DNA from: an uncultured cyanobacterium
Lineage (GTDB): Bacteria; Cyanobacteriota; Cyanobacteriia; Leptolyngbyales; Leptolyngbyaceae
DNA length: 64,000 nucleotides
Assembly: GCA_963766075.1 (NCBI GenBank)
Contig: CAVYAN010000051.1
Coordinates: forward strand, 25,859-89,858
Reading direction: 5' to 3'
Part shown: positions 37,890 through 49,082 of the stretch, in pieces
How positions within the stretch are numbered: position 1 is the first letter of the stretch
How the letters are laid out: every line of letters begins with the position of its first letter
The notes under the pieces: generated by a model
The model's input: only the letters and a program-made list of their open reading frames with translations
Databases searched by the model: none
What the model was told of the DNA's origin: nothing
Made by a program: the position numbers and the translations under genes

Positions 37890-40217
37890 TTACAGGTGTG
37901 TGGACTGTTTTGGCTTTAGCACATTCAGGCTTTCCAGCAGAGCTGGATCCCCTGGTGTCTCCCGAAGGCTGCTGCTCCAGTCGGTCTTATTGTAAGCCGT
38001 GGATTGCTTTTTGCCCCCATCGTTCGCGACCACCCCCACGAGTGGAATCCGAAAGCGAGCCAACTCAGCCAGTACCCGCTTCACCTTAGGACGATTGGTT
38101 TTACAAATACCCACGGTCATGAGAATGCCATCGGTGAGGGCTGCGACAAAATTGGCATCGGCAAACTCGGTCAAATTGGGAGTGTCATAAATCACGAGAT
38201 CGAACTCTCTGTGGACCCGCTGCATTAACCCTTGCATTTGTGTGGATGCCAGCAACCGGACCGAATTAGCGGATACTTGCCCCGCCGTCAGCACGGATAG
38301 GTAGTTGTCCATCGGCGATGCTTGAATGGCCTCATCCACACCCACTTCTCCAGCCAGGACATCGCTTAAGCCTCGGGAGTGGGTGGACATATTAAGGGAT
38401 TGGTGGACTTGGGGCGATCGCAAATTGGCATCCACCAGTAATACCCGCTGTCCCATTGAGGCGGCGGATCTGGCCAAGTTCACGGCCACAGTGGTGGTGC
38501 CATCCCCTGTTTCCGCCGAATTGACTACCAAAGATCGTGGCGGGCGCGCCGATAAGAAGCGTAGATTTGTGTACAAAGTACTAAAGGCTTTGCCGAAGAT
38601 ATCTCTATCGGCTTCAGGCGGCGCGCCTGCGGGTGCCCCCACCCCTGGCCGCTGTGGAATATTGCCCAAGAGCGGGAGCTTCGTAGAGCCAGCCACATCT
38701 GCTCCTTCATAGAAGATGTTTTGGATTTTTTCTTTCGTCAGGGCGGCGGCTATCCCCAGCAATATCCCTGCCACCAAGGACATGGGTATCTGCTGTTGGG
38801 CTTTGCTAGCCGTGGCCAAGGCATTGCCCCGCGAGTCGCGCGCCAGGTTCGGAGCGGCTACGACTTCCCACGGCACTTCCTTCTGAGCGGCCTCAATCCG
38901 CAGCGTTTCCCGCTGGGTTTGGAACTGGTTGAGGGTCTTGGTAGCGATTTCTAGCTGCTGTTGCAAGGTGTTGTATTCCCGAGCAATCACCGGGTGCTGT
39001 TGCAAGCGCTGATTCACCTGGGCTTCCGCTCCAAGAATGGCCTGGTTGCGGACCTTTAGCAGCTCTCGTGTATTGTTTGCTGTCACGAGCTGTGTGATCA
39101 ATCCTTGGCGTACGGAGCCCTGATACGAAAGAATCAGGGGATTGCTCACAGCGGCTGTGGCTTGGGCACCTAGGTTACTTTGGGCTTCGCTACTGAGCAA
39201 CTGGGCCAACTTTGCACGCTGTTCCAGGAGGGCAAGGACTACGGGACTACGGTCTGTAAATCGGGCTGATTTTACAGCAAGCTGGGATTCTACCTTCTTG
39301 AGTTCGGCCAAGAGCTCTTGGTAGCGAGGGTTTTCACTCAAGGCGGAAGCGGCGATCGCCTCCGTGGGACTAAAGCTTAATTGCTCCTGCAATCGGCTAT
39401 ACAGGGTTTCTTGTTCTGCCAACTCACGCTGAGCCTGAAGCTTTTGCGCCCGAATATCTTCCAGCAGTTTAGACAGAGAGCCCCCTTCTGTGGCGGGGTC
39501 GGTGATGTTGTAGCGCTGTTTCAGGGCTTGCAGATCAGATTCCAGCGTATTCACCCGCTTTTGCAGACTGGGCAGTTGATCGCCAATAAATTCAACCCCC
39601 CCGCCAATACGGGTCCGCCGATCCTCCAAGCTATACCGCAAGAATCCCTTTGACAGTTCCTCTAAGGTAAACTTCACTCGTTCTGGATCTTTGCCGCGAT
39701 AGCTGACATCAATGAGCCGTGCCGCGTCCATTAAAGTAGTCCCGACCCGTTGGACGATCAGGGACTTCTCCCGAATGTCCCGCGCTAACGACTCGGCGGT
39801 TACTTCGGGATAGCGTGTCTGAATCTGCTTCGCAATTTTCCCCAGGAGTTCTGGGCTTTGCATCACTTCCAAGAGCGTGGGGTAGTCCACCGTATTTTCG
39901 GTAGTACTCTGAGCCCCCCGAGCGATCGCAGAGGGATCGGTGGATCGTCCCTGGGACGTGATCGGCTCTACCAGAATCCGGAAGCTCCCTTGATAGGAGG
40001 GTTTTGACTTCAGGCTATTAGCGCCACCCACCAGAGTCGCTATGGCAGCAATCCCGGCAATCATCAAAATATTGCGCCGAACAACGCGGACCACCGGACC
40101 CAAATTCAGGCCCTTGGGTTTCGGGGAATCGGACCCAATCTCTTCCGCCGCCCAATTCCCCGGTGGGTTGCTCGGACTATTGGCTGGAAAGTTTTGAGTA
40201 TCTTGTTCGGCTCTCAT
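37890..40217 (-). CDS. wzc: Wzc/GumC polysaccharide co-polymerase with degenerate BY-kinase domain
   Basis: Two TM segments around a coiled-coil periplasmic region; VLLVDANLR and IYDTP present; Walker A reads GDGTTT. Confidence 0.88.
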   Translation of the reverse strand: MRAEQDTQNFPANSPSNPPGNWAAEEIGSDSPKPKGLNLGPVVRVVRRNILMIAGIAAIATLVGGANSLKSKPSYQGSFRILVEPITSQGRSTDPSAIARGAQSTTENTVDYPTLLEVMQSPELLGKIAKQIQTRYPEVTAESLARDIREKSLIVQRVGTTLMDAARLIDVSYRGKDPERVKFTLEELSKGFLRYSLEDRRTRIGGGVEFIGDQLPSLQKRVNTLESDLQALKQRYNITDPATEGGSLSKLLEDIRAQKLQAQRELAEQETLYSRLQEQLSFSPTEAIAASALSENPRYQELLAELKKVESQLAVKSARFTDRSPVVLALLEQRAKLAQLLSSEAQSNLGAQATAAVSNPLILSYQGSVRQGLITQLVTANNTRELLKVRNQAILGAEAQVNQRLQQHPVIAREYNTLQQQLEIATKTLNQFQTQRETLRIEAAQKEVPWEVVAAPNLARDSRGNALATASKAQQQIPMSLVAGILLGIAAALTKEKIQNIFYEGADVAGSTKLPLLGNIPQRPGVGAPAGAPPEADRDIFGKAFSTLYTNLRFLSARPPRSLVVNSAETGDGTTTVAVNLARSAASMGQRVLLVDANLRSPQVHQSLNMSTHSRGLSDVLAGEVGVDEAIQASPMDNYLSVLTAGQVSANSVRLLASTQMQGLMQRVHREFDLVIYDTPNLTEFADANFVAALTDGILMTVGICKTNRPKVKRVLAELARFRIPLVGVVANDGGKKQSTAYNKTDWSSSLRETPGDPALLESLNVLKPKQSTHL

Positions 40218-40352
40218 GTTGACCTCTACGTTAGTTTGACCTACCACGACCGGACGGTTTATATACCCAGTCCATCTGAAAACTGGTGCTTTAACGGGCG
40301 CTTGCACTAGCGGACTCATCAAGGGAACAGGACGCTTGAACTGGCCCAGCCT

Positions 40353-41486
40353 TTAGTTGCCGCCCAGCAACCGCAGCAACCCAAAGGCTCCTGTGAGCGG
40401 ACTGATTACCGCCGTCAGGACATCGGATATCTTGGCCGTATTACTCCGATTGACCACAATCACATCGTTGCTGTGAACGGCAGGATTGTCTTCATCACTC
40501 AGTCCTTTCGCGAGGTTCAATTTGAAGTCGCGCTTGGTGACTGTACCGTCTGGGTTGAGCCGAATGAGTTCAATCTTGGTTTTCTTGCCCCGGGCCGGGT
40601 TAACGCCACCTGCGGCCAAAATGGCTTGGGTCAGGGTGGAATTGGGACGAATTTGCACCGGACCGGGTCTGATCACCTCACCAACCACGTTGACTTGAAT
40701 TTGCTCTGGCGAGAAGTTGCTGATCGCGACAGTAGTGGCTTCTGTGGGATCAATTTTTTGGGCGACAGGGACAAAAACGGTATCTCCATCGCGCAGCAGA
40801 ATGTCTTGACTGAGCTCGCCATTTTGCAGGTAGCGCCACAGGTCAACATTGATCACGTCTTCTCGGCCATTTTGCTGGGGGCGACGGACTTGGACTTGAC
40901 GAATATTGGCAAGCTGAGCAATGCCCCCAGCGGTTTGTACCGCTTTGCTGACGGTGGGCCACTGACTGCCGGCTTCACCCGCTGCGCTGCGAGAGTTGAG
41001 GCTGGATTGTGTGGTTTCGCTGCCAATGACGTTAATAATGTAGGATCCTGGGCGGTTGACTGCGCCGATGATGCCAATCTTCAAAGGCCGAGGCGCTGCG
41101 AGTCCGACCGTGACGGTGGGGTTTTTGATGAAGGCACCATACTTGGTGCTGAGTGTGGTGGAGGCTTGCTTGAGCGTCATGCCTTGGACGGATACACTAC
41201 CGACCCAGGGGAGATTCAAGGTGCCGTCCAGCAAAATGCTGTAGCGGGTCTCTAGGGTGAGCTCAGGGGTGTCAAAAATATCGACGCGGACTAAATCTCC
41301 TGCTCCTAGGGTGTAGGAGCCATCCGGGGTAACGACGGGCGAGTTCGGGGGCTGGGAAGTGGTATTGAGTGCTGATGGCGTCAGGGGGGGGACGGTCACT
41401 TGGGCGATCGCCGGTAGTACCGATGTTGTGCTTACCAATGCAGACAGCACAATTCCTGAAACAGATTGATGGATTCCCTTAGACAT
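40353..41486 (-). CDS. wza: Polysaccharide export protein (Poly_export + SLBB), Wza-like
   Basis: YTLGAGDLV.VDIF, DGTLNLPWVG, GAVNRPG, LRDGDTVFVP, VVGEVIRPG. Confidence 0.9.
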   Translation of the reverse strand: MSKGIHQSVSGIVLSALVSTTSVLPAIAQVTVPPLTPSALNTTSQPPNSPVVTPDGSYTLGAGDLVRVDIFDTPELTLETRYSILLDGTLNLPWVGSVSVQGMTLKQASTTLSTKYGAFIKNPTVTVGLAAPRPLKIGIIGAVNRPGSYIINVIGSETTQSSLNSRSAAGEAGSQWPTVSKAVQTAGGIAQLANIRQVQVRRPQQNGREDVINVDLWRYLQNGELSQDILLRDGDTVFVPVAQKIDPTEATTVAISNFSPEQIQVNVVGEVIRPGPVQIRPNSTLTQAILAAGGVNPARGKKTKIELIRLNPDGTVTKRDFKLNLAKGLSDEDNPAVHSNDVIVVNRSNTAKISDVLTAVISPLTGAFGLLRLLGGN

Positions 41487-42405
41487 AATTTAATAAAGAA
41501 ACAGGGCTAGATAGAGAAGACCGAACTAGAGAGAAGACCGAACTAGAGGGGATTTGCGAAAATCGCGCTACGAAAACTTCGCTCTATACAGAATTTAATA
41601 GTCACGGTGATGAATGATGGCCGAGGCTGCCGGATTCTGGGCCGTCTGCCCGCTGTCAAGACTCCAATCAAATCAGAATAGCCACGTGCTCTAAGCAGTT
41701 CTACAAGGCGTGATCAAGTTGATCAGGATTAGCCTCAGTAAATGTAACTAGCACCCATTATGGTGTGCTAGTTTGCGCAACTTCCACTCCCAAATACTAG
41801 ACTTCATCCAAGATTCATACCCGATCCCACTCATAGTATTCCCCAACAAGATTGTGTAAAACCACCCAACATTAGGCTTTTCCAGTTCACGTTGCCCGGA
41901 TCAGGAAAGAATTGCTGTGAAGAAGGTGAAAACAACGGGTTAGACTCAGCCTCAATCCTCACGGTTCAACCCGAAAAATTCCCTGATCCTGAGATTTTCG
42001 AGATTTTTTTGAGGATGGAGTGGGCAAGATGATTGCTTCCAGACTCAATGAACTGGAGATGCTGAAATGGTCCCAACGGCACTGTAACTCGGTGGATGCA
42101 CGATGACTTCATCCACACTTCATGGGGTATGTTGGCGAAGATCGGTAATTTAGTAAGTCAGGACTGATTGATTTAAATGAGTTCTAATTGTCTCGGTTTG
42201 ACCTCGCTCAAGGGTAGAAATCTCAGGGGCTGTTTGAAAAAGTTCCCGTTGTGAGGTTAATACTGAGTGATCCTTTAAGCCCCTGTCCTACGTCTCCTGT
42301 CCTATGTCTAAAGTGCCTTCTAGTTCTTCCTGTAAAACATCCTAGCTTTTGAATGGGCCGGATTCAGGTCTGTTATTTATACTCTCTCTGTTTAGGTAAA
42401 GTCCT

Positions 42406-43626
42406 TTGAAAGTTGCCTATCTTGTTAATCAATACCCGAAGGTGAGTCATAGCTTTATTCGCCGCGAAATCCTAGGCGTTGAAGGTTGTGGTGTCCAGGT
42501 GGAACGGTTTGCTATTCGCGCTTGTCGGGAAGAGTTAGTGGATGATGACGATCTTCTAGAGCTCCAGAAAACCCGGATTGTTTTGGAATCTGGGACGCTG
42601 ACGCTGCTGACACAGGCAGTGGTGGTGGCGAGCCTTAGTCCGTGGCGATTTTGTCAAGCCTTGGGTATGGCCATTAAGCTGGGGCGGGTTTCCGATCGCG
42701 GAATTCTGCGGCATCTAATTTATTTAGCCGAGGCGTGCGTGTTTTTGCGGTGGTTCAAGGCCGCAGGCGTCCAGCATGTCCACGCCCACTTTGGCACCAA
42801 CTCAACAACAGTGGCGTTGCTGTGCACTGTTTTGGGCGGTCCTCCCTATAGCTTCACCGCCCATGGTCCAGAAGAGTTTGATAAGGTTGATATTCTAGCG
42901 CTTCCGGAGAAAATTCGACGAGCGGCCTTTGTGGTGGCGATCAGCTCTTTTGGTAAGAGCCAGCTTTATCGTTGGTGTGATGCCCAGCATTGGTCTAAGG
43001 TGCAGGTGGTTCACTGTGGCTTGGATGAGAGTTTTCTGGGTCATGCGCCGAGTCCGGTGCCCGATGTGCCGAATTTTGTCTGCGTCGGTCGCTTGAGTGA
43101 GCAGAAGGGGCAGTTTTTGCTGCTGGAAGCGGTGGCTCAGTTGGCGGCGGCGGGGGTGGTATTTCACCTGACGTTAATTGGAGATGGGCCGCTACGGCCC
43201 GCAATTGAGGCATTTATTACAGAGCATCAACTTCAGGATTATGTGAAGTTGATGGGCTGGGCCAGCAATGTGACGGTTCGGCAGTCTATCCTGGCTGCGA
43301 GGGCGTTGGTGCTGCCCAGTTTCGCTGAAGGCTTGCCTGTGGTGTTGATGGAGGCTATGGCCTTGCATCGCCCAGTGATTACGACGTATGTTGCTGGAAT
43401 TCCTGAATTGGTGGAGTCACAGACCTGTGGCTGGCTGATTACGCCGGGATCGGTGGAGGCTTTAGTGCTGGCTATGAAACAGGCGTTGGCAACGCCTGTG
43501 GCGGTATTGGAGCAGATGGGAAAAGTCGGAGCTGAGCGGGTGGCGGCCCAGCATGAGATTGCCACAGAAGCTCAGAAATTGGCCCATTTATTCGAGTCTG
43601 CCGTCCGGCAGTCTGGTTCGCTTTGA
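42406..43626 (+). CDS. Glycosyltransferase family 4 (WcaL-like)
   Basis: YPKVSHSFIRREI, HVHAHFG, VGRLSEQKG, EGLPVVLMEAMA. Confidence 0.93.
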   Translation: MKVAYLVNQYPKVSHSFIRREILGVEGCGVQVERFAIRACREELVDDDDLLELQKTRIVLESGTLTLLTQAVVVASLSPWRFCQALGMAIKLGRVSDRGILRHLIYLAEACVFLRWFKAAGVQHVHAHFGTNSTTVALLCTVLGGPPYSFTAHGPEEFDKVDILALPEKIRRAAFVVAISSFGKSQLYRWCDAQHWSKVQVVHCGLDESFLGHAPSPVPDVPNFVCVGRLSEQKGQFLLLEAVAQLAAAGVVFHLTLIGDGPLRPAIEAFITEHQLQDYVKLMGWASNVTVRQSILAARALVLPSFAEGLPVVLMEAMALHRPVITTYVAGIPELVESQTCGWLITPGSVEALVLAMKQALATPVAVLEQMGKVGAERVAAQHEIATEAQKLAHLFESAVRQSGSL

Positions 43627-43721
43627 GGGCGGTGGGCTGCGCTGGTCTGGTGCGGGTTGGCCTGATGCGGATTTGCGGATGAGCGATCGCATGTTTTTCA
43701 ATTCTTTTATGTGGCAGAGTT

Positions 43722-45122
43722 ATGACCTCAATTAAAAAGCTGGCCTTTCGTGGTGCAATTTGGACGATTGCAGGCTATGGCGCGGGGCAACTGATTCGCC
43801 TTGTTAGTAACCCGATTTTGGCCAGCTTCCTGGATCCTTCGGTGCTGGGATTGAGTAGCCTGATGACCGTTTTCATTATGGGCTTGGCGTTGTTTTCGGA
43901 TGTGGGCTTGGGCCCAAGCATTATCCAGAATAAGCGTGGGGATGAACCCGCTTTTTACAACACGGCCTGGACCATGCAAATCATGCGGGCCTTTTTGCTG
44001 TGGATGGGGTGTATTGCGATCGCCTACCCCGTTTACAGTCTCTATAGTTCCCAACCTCATGCTGAACTGATTATTGTGTTGCTCCCCATCATCGGATTCA
44101 GCCTGTTTCTATCCGGCTTTGAATCCACGGCGCTATTCACCCTCAATCGGCACATGGAGACTGCCAAAATCAACTTGTTTAGCTTGTTCAATCAGGTAGT
44201 GAGTACTGGCATTGTCTTAACTTGGTCGTTCGTGACCCGCGATATTTGGGCCTTGGTGCTTAGCGGTGTGGTGACGCAGACTATTTCCGTCCTCGTGAGC
44301 CATCGGTTGATTCCATCTATCAAAAACCGATTGGCCTGGGATCCAACTGCCGCTAAACAGATTTTCTCCTTTGGCAAATGGATTTTTCTCTCCACAGCGA
44401 CGACGTTTTTAGCCGATCAAATCGATAAATTGATGCTGCCTCGTCTTGCATCCATTGAGGTGCTGGGTGTGTACGGCATTGCCTTTGCCTTTTCAGATGT
44501 GCCGCGACAAGTGCTGGGTGCCATTAGCCAACAGGTTCTTTTTCCGGCCTATGCCAAGCTTGCCGACTTGCCCCGGGATGAATTTCGGCACCGGGTGCTG
44601 AAGCACCGCCTGCCCATGTTGCTGGCGATGGGGGTGGCGCTCGCCTTTCTGGTATGCCTTGGCGATGGGGTGATTTCCGGGCTGCGGGACAGTTCTGGCA
44701 CGCCGCTGTTTGGGTTTAAGGGGCTCTACCGCCAAAACTTTTCACAAGCGGCCTGGATGCTGCCCCTCCTGGCCTTGGGAATTTGGCCTCGGATGCTGAC
44801 CCAAACTACGGACAAGCTGTTTTATGCCATGGGCAATCCCAAATTCCCGACCTACGGCTACGTTGGCAAATTTGTGTTTATGCTGGTGGGCATGCCCCTG
44901 GGGTTCCATTTGGCTGGGTTGCTGGGTGGCATGATTGTGATTGCTTTGAATGATGTGCCCTACTACATCGCTATTTCCATTGGGTTACAAAAGGAGCGTC
45001 TGTCCTGTTATTGGCAGGATCTTCAAGCAACGTTGGTGTTTTTGGCGGCGGTGGCGCTGCTGGGGGCAGTGCGTTGGTATCTTGGGTTTGGCCTATCGAT
45101 TGGCTCTTTATTGGTTGGGTAA
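43722..45122 (+). CDS. wzx: Oligosaccharide flippase
   Basis: About 12 TM segments, FSDVGLGPSIIQ, NTAWTMQIMR, FSFGKWIF, QIDKL. Confidence 0.88.
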   Translation: MTSIKKLAFRGAIWTIAGYGAGQLIRLVSNPILASFLDPSVLGLSSLMTVFIMGLALFSDVGLGPSIIQNKRGDEPAFYNTAWTMQIMRAFLLWMGCIAIAYPVYSLYSSQPHAELIIVLLPIIGFSLFLSGFESTALFTLNRHMETAKINLFSLFNQVVSTGIVLTWSFVTRDIWALVLSGVVTQTISVLVSHRLIPSIKNRLAWDPTAAKQIFSFGKWIFLSTATTFLADQIDKLMLPRLASIEVLGVYGIAFAFSDVPRQVLGAISQQVLFPAYAKLADLPRDEFRHRVLKHRLPMLLAMGVALAFLVCLGDGVISGLRDSSGTPLFGFKGLYRQNFSQAAWMLPLLALGIWPRMLTQTTDKLFYAMGNPKFPTYGYVGKFVFMLVGMPLGFHLAGLLGGMIVIALNDVPYYIAISIGLQKERLSCYWQDLQATLVFLAAVALLGAVRWYLGFGLSIGSLLVG

Positions 45123-45254
45123 GGCTAGATTAAAGCGATCGCAAATTTATGCGAAATATAAATCCATCCGGACCCACTTTCGGTCACGATGCAGGAAAGA
45201 TGCAGGCAAGAAGAGGTCTAGGGAAATCTATGTTTAACGGTCCAGGTGAAGCAT

Positions 45255-46580
45255 ATGGGTAATGCAATTTCGTATATTGTACTGTTCGGCTGGTTGCCCG
45301 TTGTCCTATATATTTTTTCGCGCTATCCAGCCCAACGGGCATTAATCATTAGCTTCATTGGGGCGTGGTTATTTCTACCTCAGGCCGTATTTGTCATTCC
45401 CGGCATTCCCGATTGGTCGAAGATGGCAGCAACCTGCTACAGTGCTATCCTCGCCATCTTGATCAATGACAATAGCCGCCTCACCTCCTTTCGGTTTAGC
45501 TGGATCGATATCCCGATGGGCATATGGTGTATCAGTCCCTTCTTATCCTCTATGGCGAATGGTTTGGGTCCCTATGACGGAGTTTCGTCGGCATTAGACC
45601 AAACCATGACGTGGGGTGTTCCTTATTTTTTGGGCAGATTTTATTTGTCTAATTTTGAAGGGATGCGGTTCATGGCCAAGTCCATTTTTGTGGGGGGACT
45701 ACTCTACATTCCCTTGTGTCTCTTTGAAGCGCGCATGTTTACCAGTTTGCACGAGAGGATTTATGGATTTTCCACCTTCGAGTTTGGGCAAGCCCTGCGC
45801 ATGGGGGGGTATCGCCCCTCCGTATTTATGACCCACGGCTTGGCCGTTGGGGTATGGATGATGACGGCCTCCCTCATGGGAATTGTACTGTGGCGCACTA
45901 AGGTTATCAAAAGGCTCTGGAATGTAGGGGTTGGTACTTGGGTGGCGGCCCTGCTAATCACGTTTGTCTTGATTCGCTCTACAGGGGCCTACAACTTGCT
46001 GATCGGTGCCCTGCTGATTTTATTTACGGCAAAGTGGTTTCGGACAACGATTTTGATTTGGTTAACCGTGGCCATCATGGTCGTCTATCTTAATCTTGGA
46101 GTTTCCGGTCAATTTCCAAAGAAGGAGATCCTCGGCAGTCTTTCTCAGGTGTTTGATAGCGATCGCATTCAGTCCGTCGAATTTCGCTTTGATAATGAGG
46201 AGATTTTGGGTGCCCGAGCCCGAGAGCGAGCCACCTTTGGGTGGGGTGGCTTTGGGCGTAATCGGGTGTTCGATGAATACGGGAAGGATATTTCCGTGAC
46301 CGACAGTTTGTGGATTATTGTTTTTGGCACAACCGGTATCGTTGGATTAGTGAGTTTGATGACGGCGCTATTGCTCCCGCCTCTCGCTTTTTCCATTCGC
46401 TTTTCAGCGCGGTTGTGGTCCAGTCCCATGGTAGCGCCCGCGGCGGCACTGTCTACCAGTCTGTTGATGTATGCAGCAGATTGCGTGTTAAATGCGATGG
46501 TAAATCCTATCTTTGCCCTGGTTTGCGGTGGGGTGGCGGGCCTGGTCATTAATCCTTATCCAGATCGGGCCATAAAATAG
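45255..46580 (+). CDS. Wzy/O-antigen ligase-like polymerase
   Basis: Polytopic protein with YRPSVFMTHGL, RSTGA, SVEFR, FGWGG and DSLWII motifs, downstream of wzx. Confidence 0.8.
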   Translation: MGNAISYIVLFGWLPVVLYIFSRYPAQRALIISFIGAWLFLPQAVFVIPGIPDWSKMAATCYSAILAILINDNSRLTSFRFSWIDIPMGIWCISPFLSSMANGLGPYDGVSSALDQTMTWGVPYFLGRFYLSNFEGMRFMAKSIFVGGLLYIPLCLFEARMFTSLHERIYGFSTFEFGQALRMGGYRPSVFMTHGLAVGVWMMTASLMGIVLWRTKVIKRLWNVGVGTWVAALLITFVLIRSTGAYNLLIGALLILFTAKWFRTTILIWLTVAIMVVYLNLGVSGQFPKKEILGSLSQVFDSDRIQSVEFRFDNEEILGARARERATFGWGGFGRNRVFDEYGKDISVTDSLWIIVFGTTGIVGLVSLMTALLLPPLAFSIRFSARLWSSPMVAPAAALSTSLLMYAADCVLNAMVNPIFALVCGGVAGLVINPYPDRAIK

Positions 46581-46617
46581 TTCTGTATGCTTCTGGAGCT
46601 GTTATCACGACCCTAAA

Positions 46618-46652
46618 AAAGCTGCAACCTTTCCAAAAAAGGTTGCAGCTTT
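46618..46652. terminator. Hairpin between convergent genes (bidirectional terminator or REP-like)
   Basis: AAAGCTGCAACCTTT-ccaaa-AAAGGTTGCAGCTTT. Confidence 0.65.
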
Positions 46653-46826
46653 CAAAGTTTAAATTTCTGGGGGAGTTACTTTAGAGCAACTCCCTGCAGA
46701 CGTTCTCTGCACAGAACCATTAACGGTCAAACGGCCTTCTGCATGGGGATTTAACCTTCCGCGTGTTTAATTTGCCTTGCCACACGTGGGTTACCGATGC
46801 TTGATGCAGAGAGATTTCGGGCGATA

Positions 46827-47525
46827 TCAAGCACGAGGCTTGAGCAGTTTGGCCGGAATCCCCACTGCGGTTTGGCCAGCGGGCACGTTAGCAAGCACAA
46901 CGGCATTGGCCCCGATTGTGGCATCTTCCTCAATGATGACGCCGCCCAAGACTTTTGCGCCTGCGCCAACGTTAACCCGTTTGCCCAATTTAGGGGCTTC
47001 AAACGGGCGGTCTAAGTAGCGGTTGCCCAAAGTGACACCTTGACGAATAATACAGTCGTCACCAATTTCGCAGAAGCCGTGGATGACGATGCCACCCTGG
47101 TGTTCAATCACTACGCGCCGCCCCAACTTGGTGGTGTAGGGTAGCTCGATGCCATAGCCGTTACGCATTTTTCGGTACAGCATTCCGTATAACAGGCTGA
47201 GGGGAGCGCGCAACAATTTAGGCTGTACCGTCATCCGCCACACGCCAAACCGATAGACCGCCACGGCCCGGAATCCCGGCTTGGTCCAGTCCCGTCCATG
47301 GGCCACCCAATCTTCTTGAATTTGTTGCCACAGGTTCGGGAGAACAGCCTCTGACGGTGCGGAGTTTAGTTGTGCAGAGTCGAAGGGCGTGGTTTGCGCT
47401 ACGGTGGGGGGAGGGAGAGACTCTGGGAATGATGGGGGCACGGGGATTAATGGCTGGGGTTGGGCATTATTATTTTGAACGCTGCCATTATTCTGGGCGT
47501 TATTCTGGGCGTTACTCAGATTCAT
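46827..47525 (-). CDS. Hexapeptide-repeat (serine acetyltransferase-like) O-acetyltransferase
   Basis: GIELP, IEHQGGIVI, IRQGVTLG, VGAGAKVLG, IGANAVV, AVGIPA. Confidence 0.88.
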   Translation of the reverse strand: MNLSNAQNNAQNNGSVQNNNAQPQPLIPVPPSFPESLPPPTVAQTTPFDSAQLNSAPSEAVLPNLWQQIQEDWVAHGRDWTKPGFRAVAVYRFGVWRMTVQPKLLRAPLSLLYGMLYRKMRNGYGIELPYTTKLGRRVVIEHQGGIVIHGFCEIGDDCIIRQGVTLGNRYLDRPFEAPKLGKRVNVGAGAKVLGGVIIEEDATIGANAVVLANVPAGQTAVGIPAKLLKPRA

Positions 47526-48513
47526 ACTTGGCTCCCCGAACAAAGATGCTGTGGCGTACAGAATCGAGGAGAAGTTTGGGTGGATCTAGGTCGGGGTGGT
47601 CTTGGATGTAGCGCCGTGCTCGCCATAGGGCAAATCCAGTAATTGACACAAAATCTGTGACTGCAGTATAGAGCCACCCATAGTTCTTCAGAAAAAATCG
47701 CCGCCGGGAGTCAAACCAATAGGTTGGTAGCCGTTTCGCTGGACGCTTTGTGTCCGTTACGCCGGAACTTTGGCCGACTAAATGCACGACGCGGCTTTGG
47801 GGGACATACCAACAGGGGAAGCCGGCCCGTTGGGCGCGTAGGCAAAAATCGACTTCCTCAAAATACATGAAATAGCCTTCATCAATTAGACCGATCGCCT
47901 TAAATACGGTCGGACGGATAATCATGCTGGCACCGGCGACCCAATCCGTGGGATGGGGGGAATCGCAAATTTCTGGGGCCAATCCCCAGCGGGAGAGCAG
48001 TTTTGACACCCCGCCTAGGCGTAGGTTTTGATCCAGTTCACTGGCACAGGAGGGAAATCGGAAGGCCGAGTGTTGGGGGGTGCCGTCCGGATCTTCGAGG
48101 CGACTGCCCGCTATGCCCACGTGCGGATGGGCTTCCATAAAATCAACGAGAGCTTTCAGGGCGCCGGGACGGACGACTGTGTCAGGATTTAGCAGCAGGA
48201 CATAATCGGGAGGATTTGAGGATGCAAGGGCAGGGCGAATAGCGGCGTTGTTGCCGTAGGCAAAGCCGCCATTGCGCTCTAGGGGCATGATTTCTGCCCA
48301 CGGGTGCCAGTTGTGCTGGGCAATAGCTGCGGCAATTTGCTCGGCGGAGCCATCCCCGGAGGCATTGTCTGTGACGACGACGCGGGTGTTAGGAACGGTA
48401 GGGATTTCGTTAACGAGGGACTGGAGGCAGTCGATGGTGAGGGCGGCTGTGCGGTAGTTCAGGACAACTACAAGGAGCGATGGGGCTGAATCGGAGAAAT
48501 GGGAATGCGGCAT
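47512..48513 (-). CDS. Glycosyltransferase family 2 (rhamnosyltransferase-like)
   Basis: VVLNY, DNASGDGS, NGGFAYGNN, LLNPDT, FMYFEEVDFC. Confidence 0.92.
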   Translation of the reverse strand: MPHSHFSDSAPSLLVVVLNYRTAALTIDCLQSLVNEIPTVPNTRVVVTDNASGDGSAEQIAAAIAQHNWHPWAEIMPLERNGGFAYGNNAAIRPALASSNPPDYVLLLNPDTVVRPGALKALVDFMEAHPHVGIAGSRLEDPDGTPQHSAFRFPSCASELDQNLRLGGVSKLLSRWGLAPEICDSPHPTDWVAGASMIIRPTVFKAIGLIDEGYFMYFEEVDFCLRAQRAGFPCWYVPQSRVVHLVGQSSGVTDTKRPAKRLPTYWFDSRRRFFLKNYGWLYTAVTDFVSITGFALWRARRYIQDHPDLDPPKLLLDSVRHSIFVRGAKYESE

Positions 48514-49082
48514 AGGAGGAAGAAGATCGGAGAGACTACGAACTGGGGAATGGTGCGAGGGCGGTGCGAGGGCACGGGTTGGGACGCTAAATTAAATGGG
48601 TATTAGATGGGTGGTCCATCTTTCCTTAGGATGCCCACACGCTTCAAAAAGGCAAGATGGCTGAGTAGTTTAGGGTGTGAATATCTCCATACTTCTGATT
48701 TTCGGGATTTATATCTCTATATCCGGATGGTTTAACCCCCTAGACTATAGGCAGGCTCAGCGCCTGGGAAAAATTCTGAGGGTGTGGGCGATCGCCCCGT
48801 TGCGGGAGATTGCCCGTGGTAATTTCTACCAGTGGTAATCTCTACAAATTGTCTAGATCATATTCAATTTGCCATTTCCATGGGCGATCGCCCATGCAGA
48901 TACTGAGTTGATGCCATGAAATCTTGATGAAGTCGGATAGAGCGAATTTTCTATCCGCCAATTGGCCTAGGATGGTTGCGAGCTGGGAATATTTTAAAGT
49001 ATTGTCCAGATTGGTATGCAAGCTAGGATCACGCTGCGCATAAACATGCTTCGTCAATGTACGTAATTTTCTAGAACGAAAT

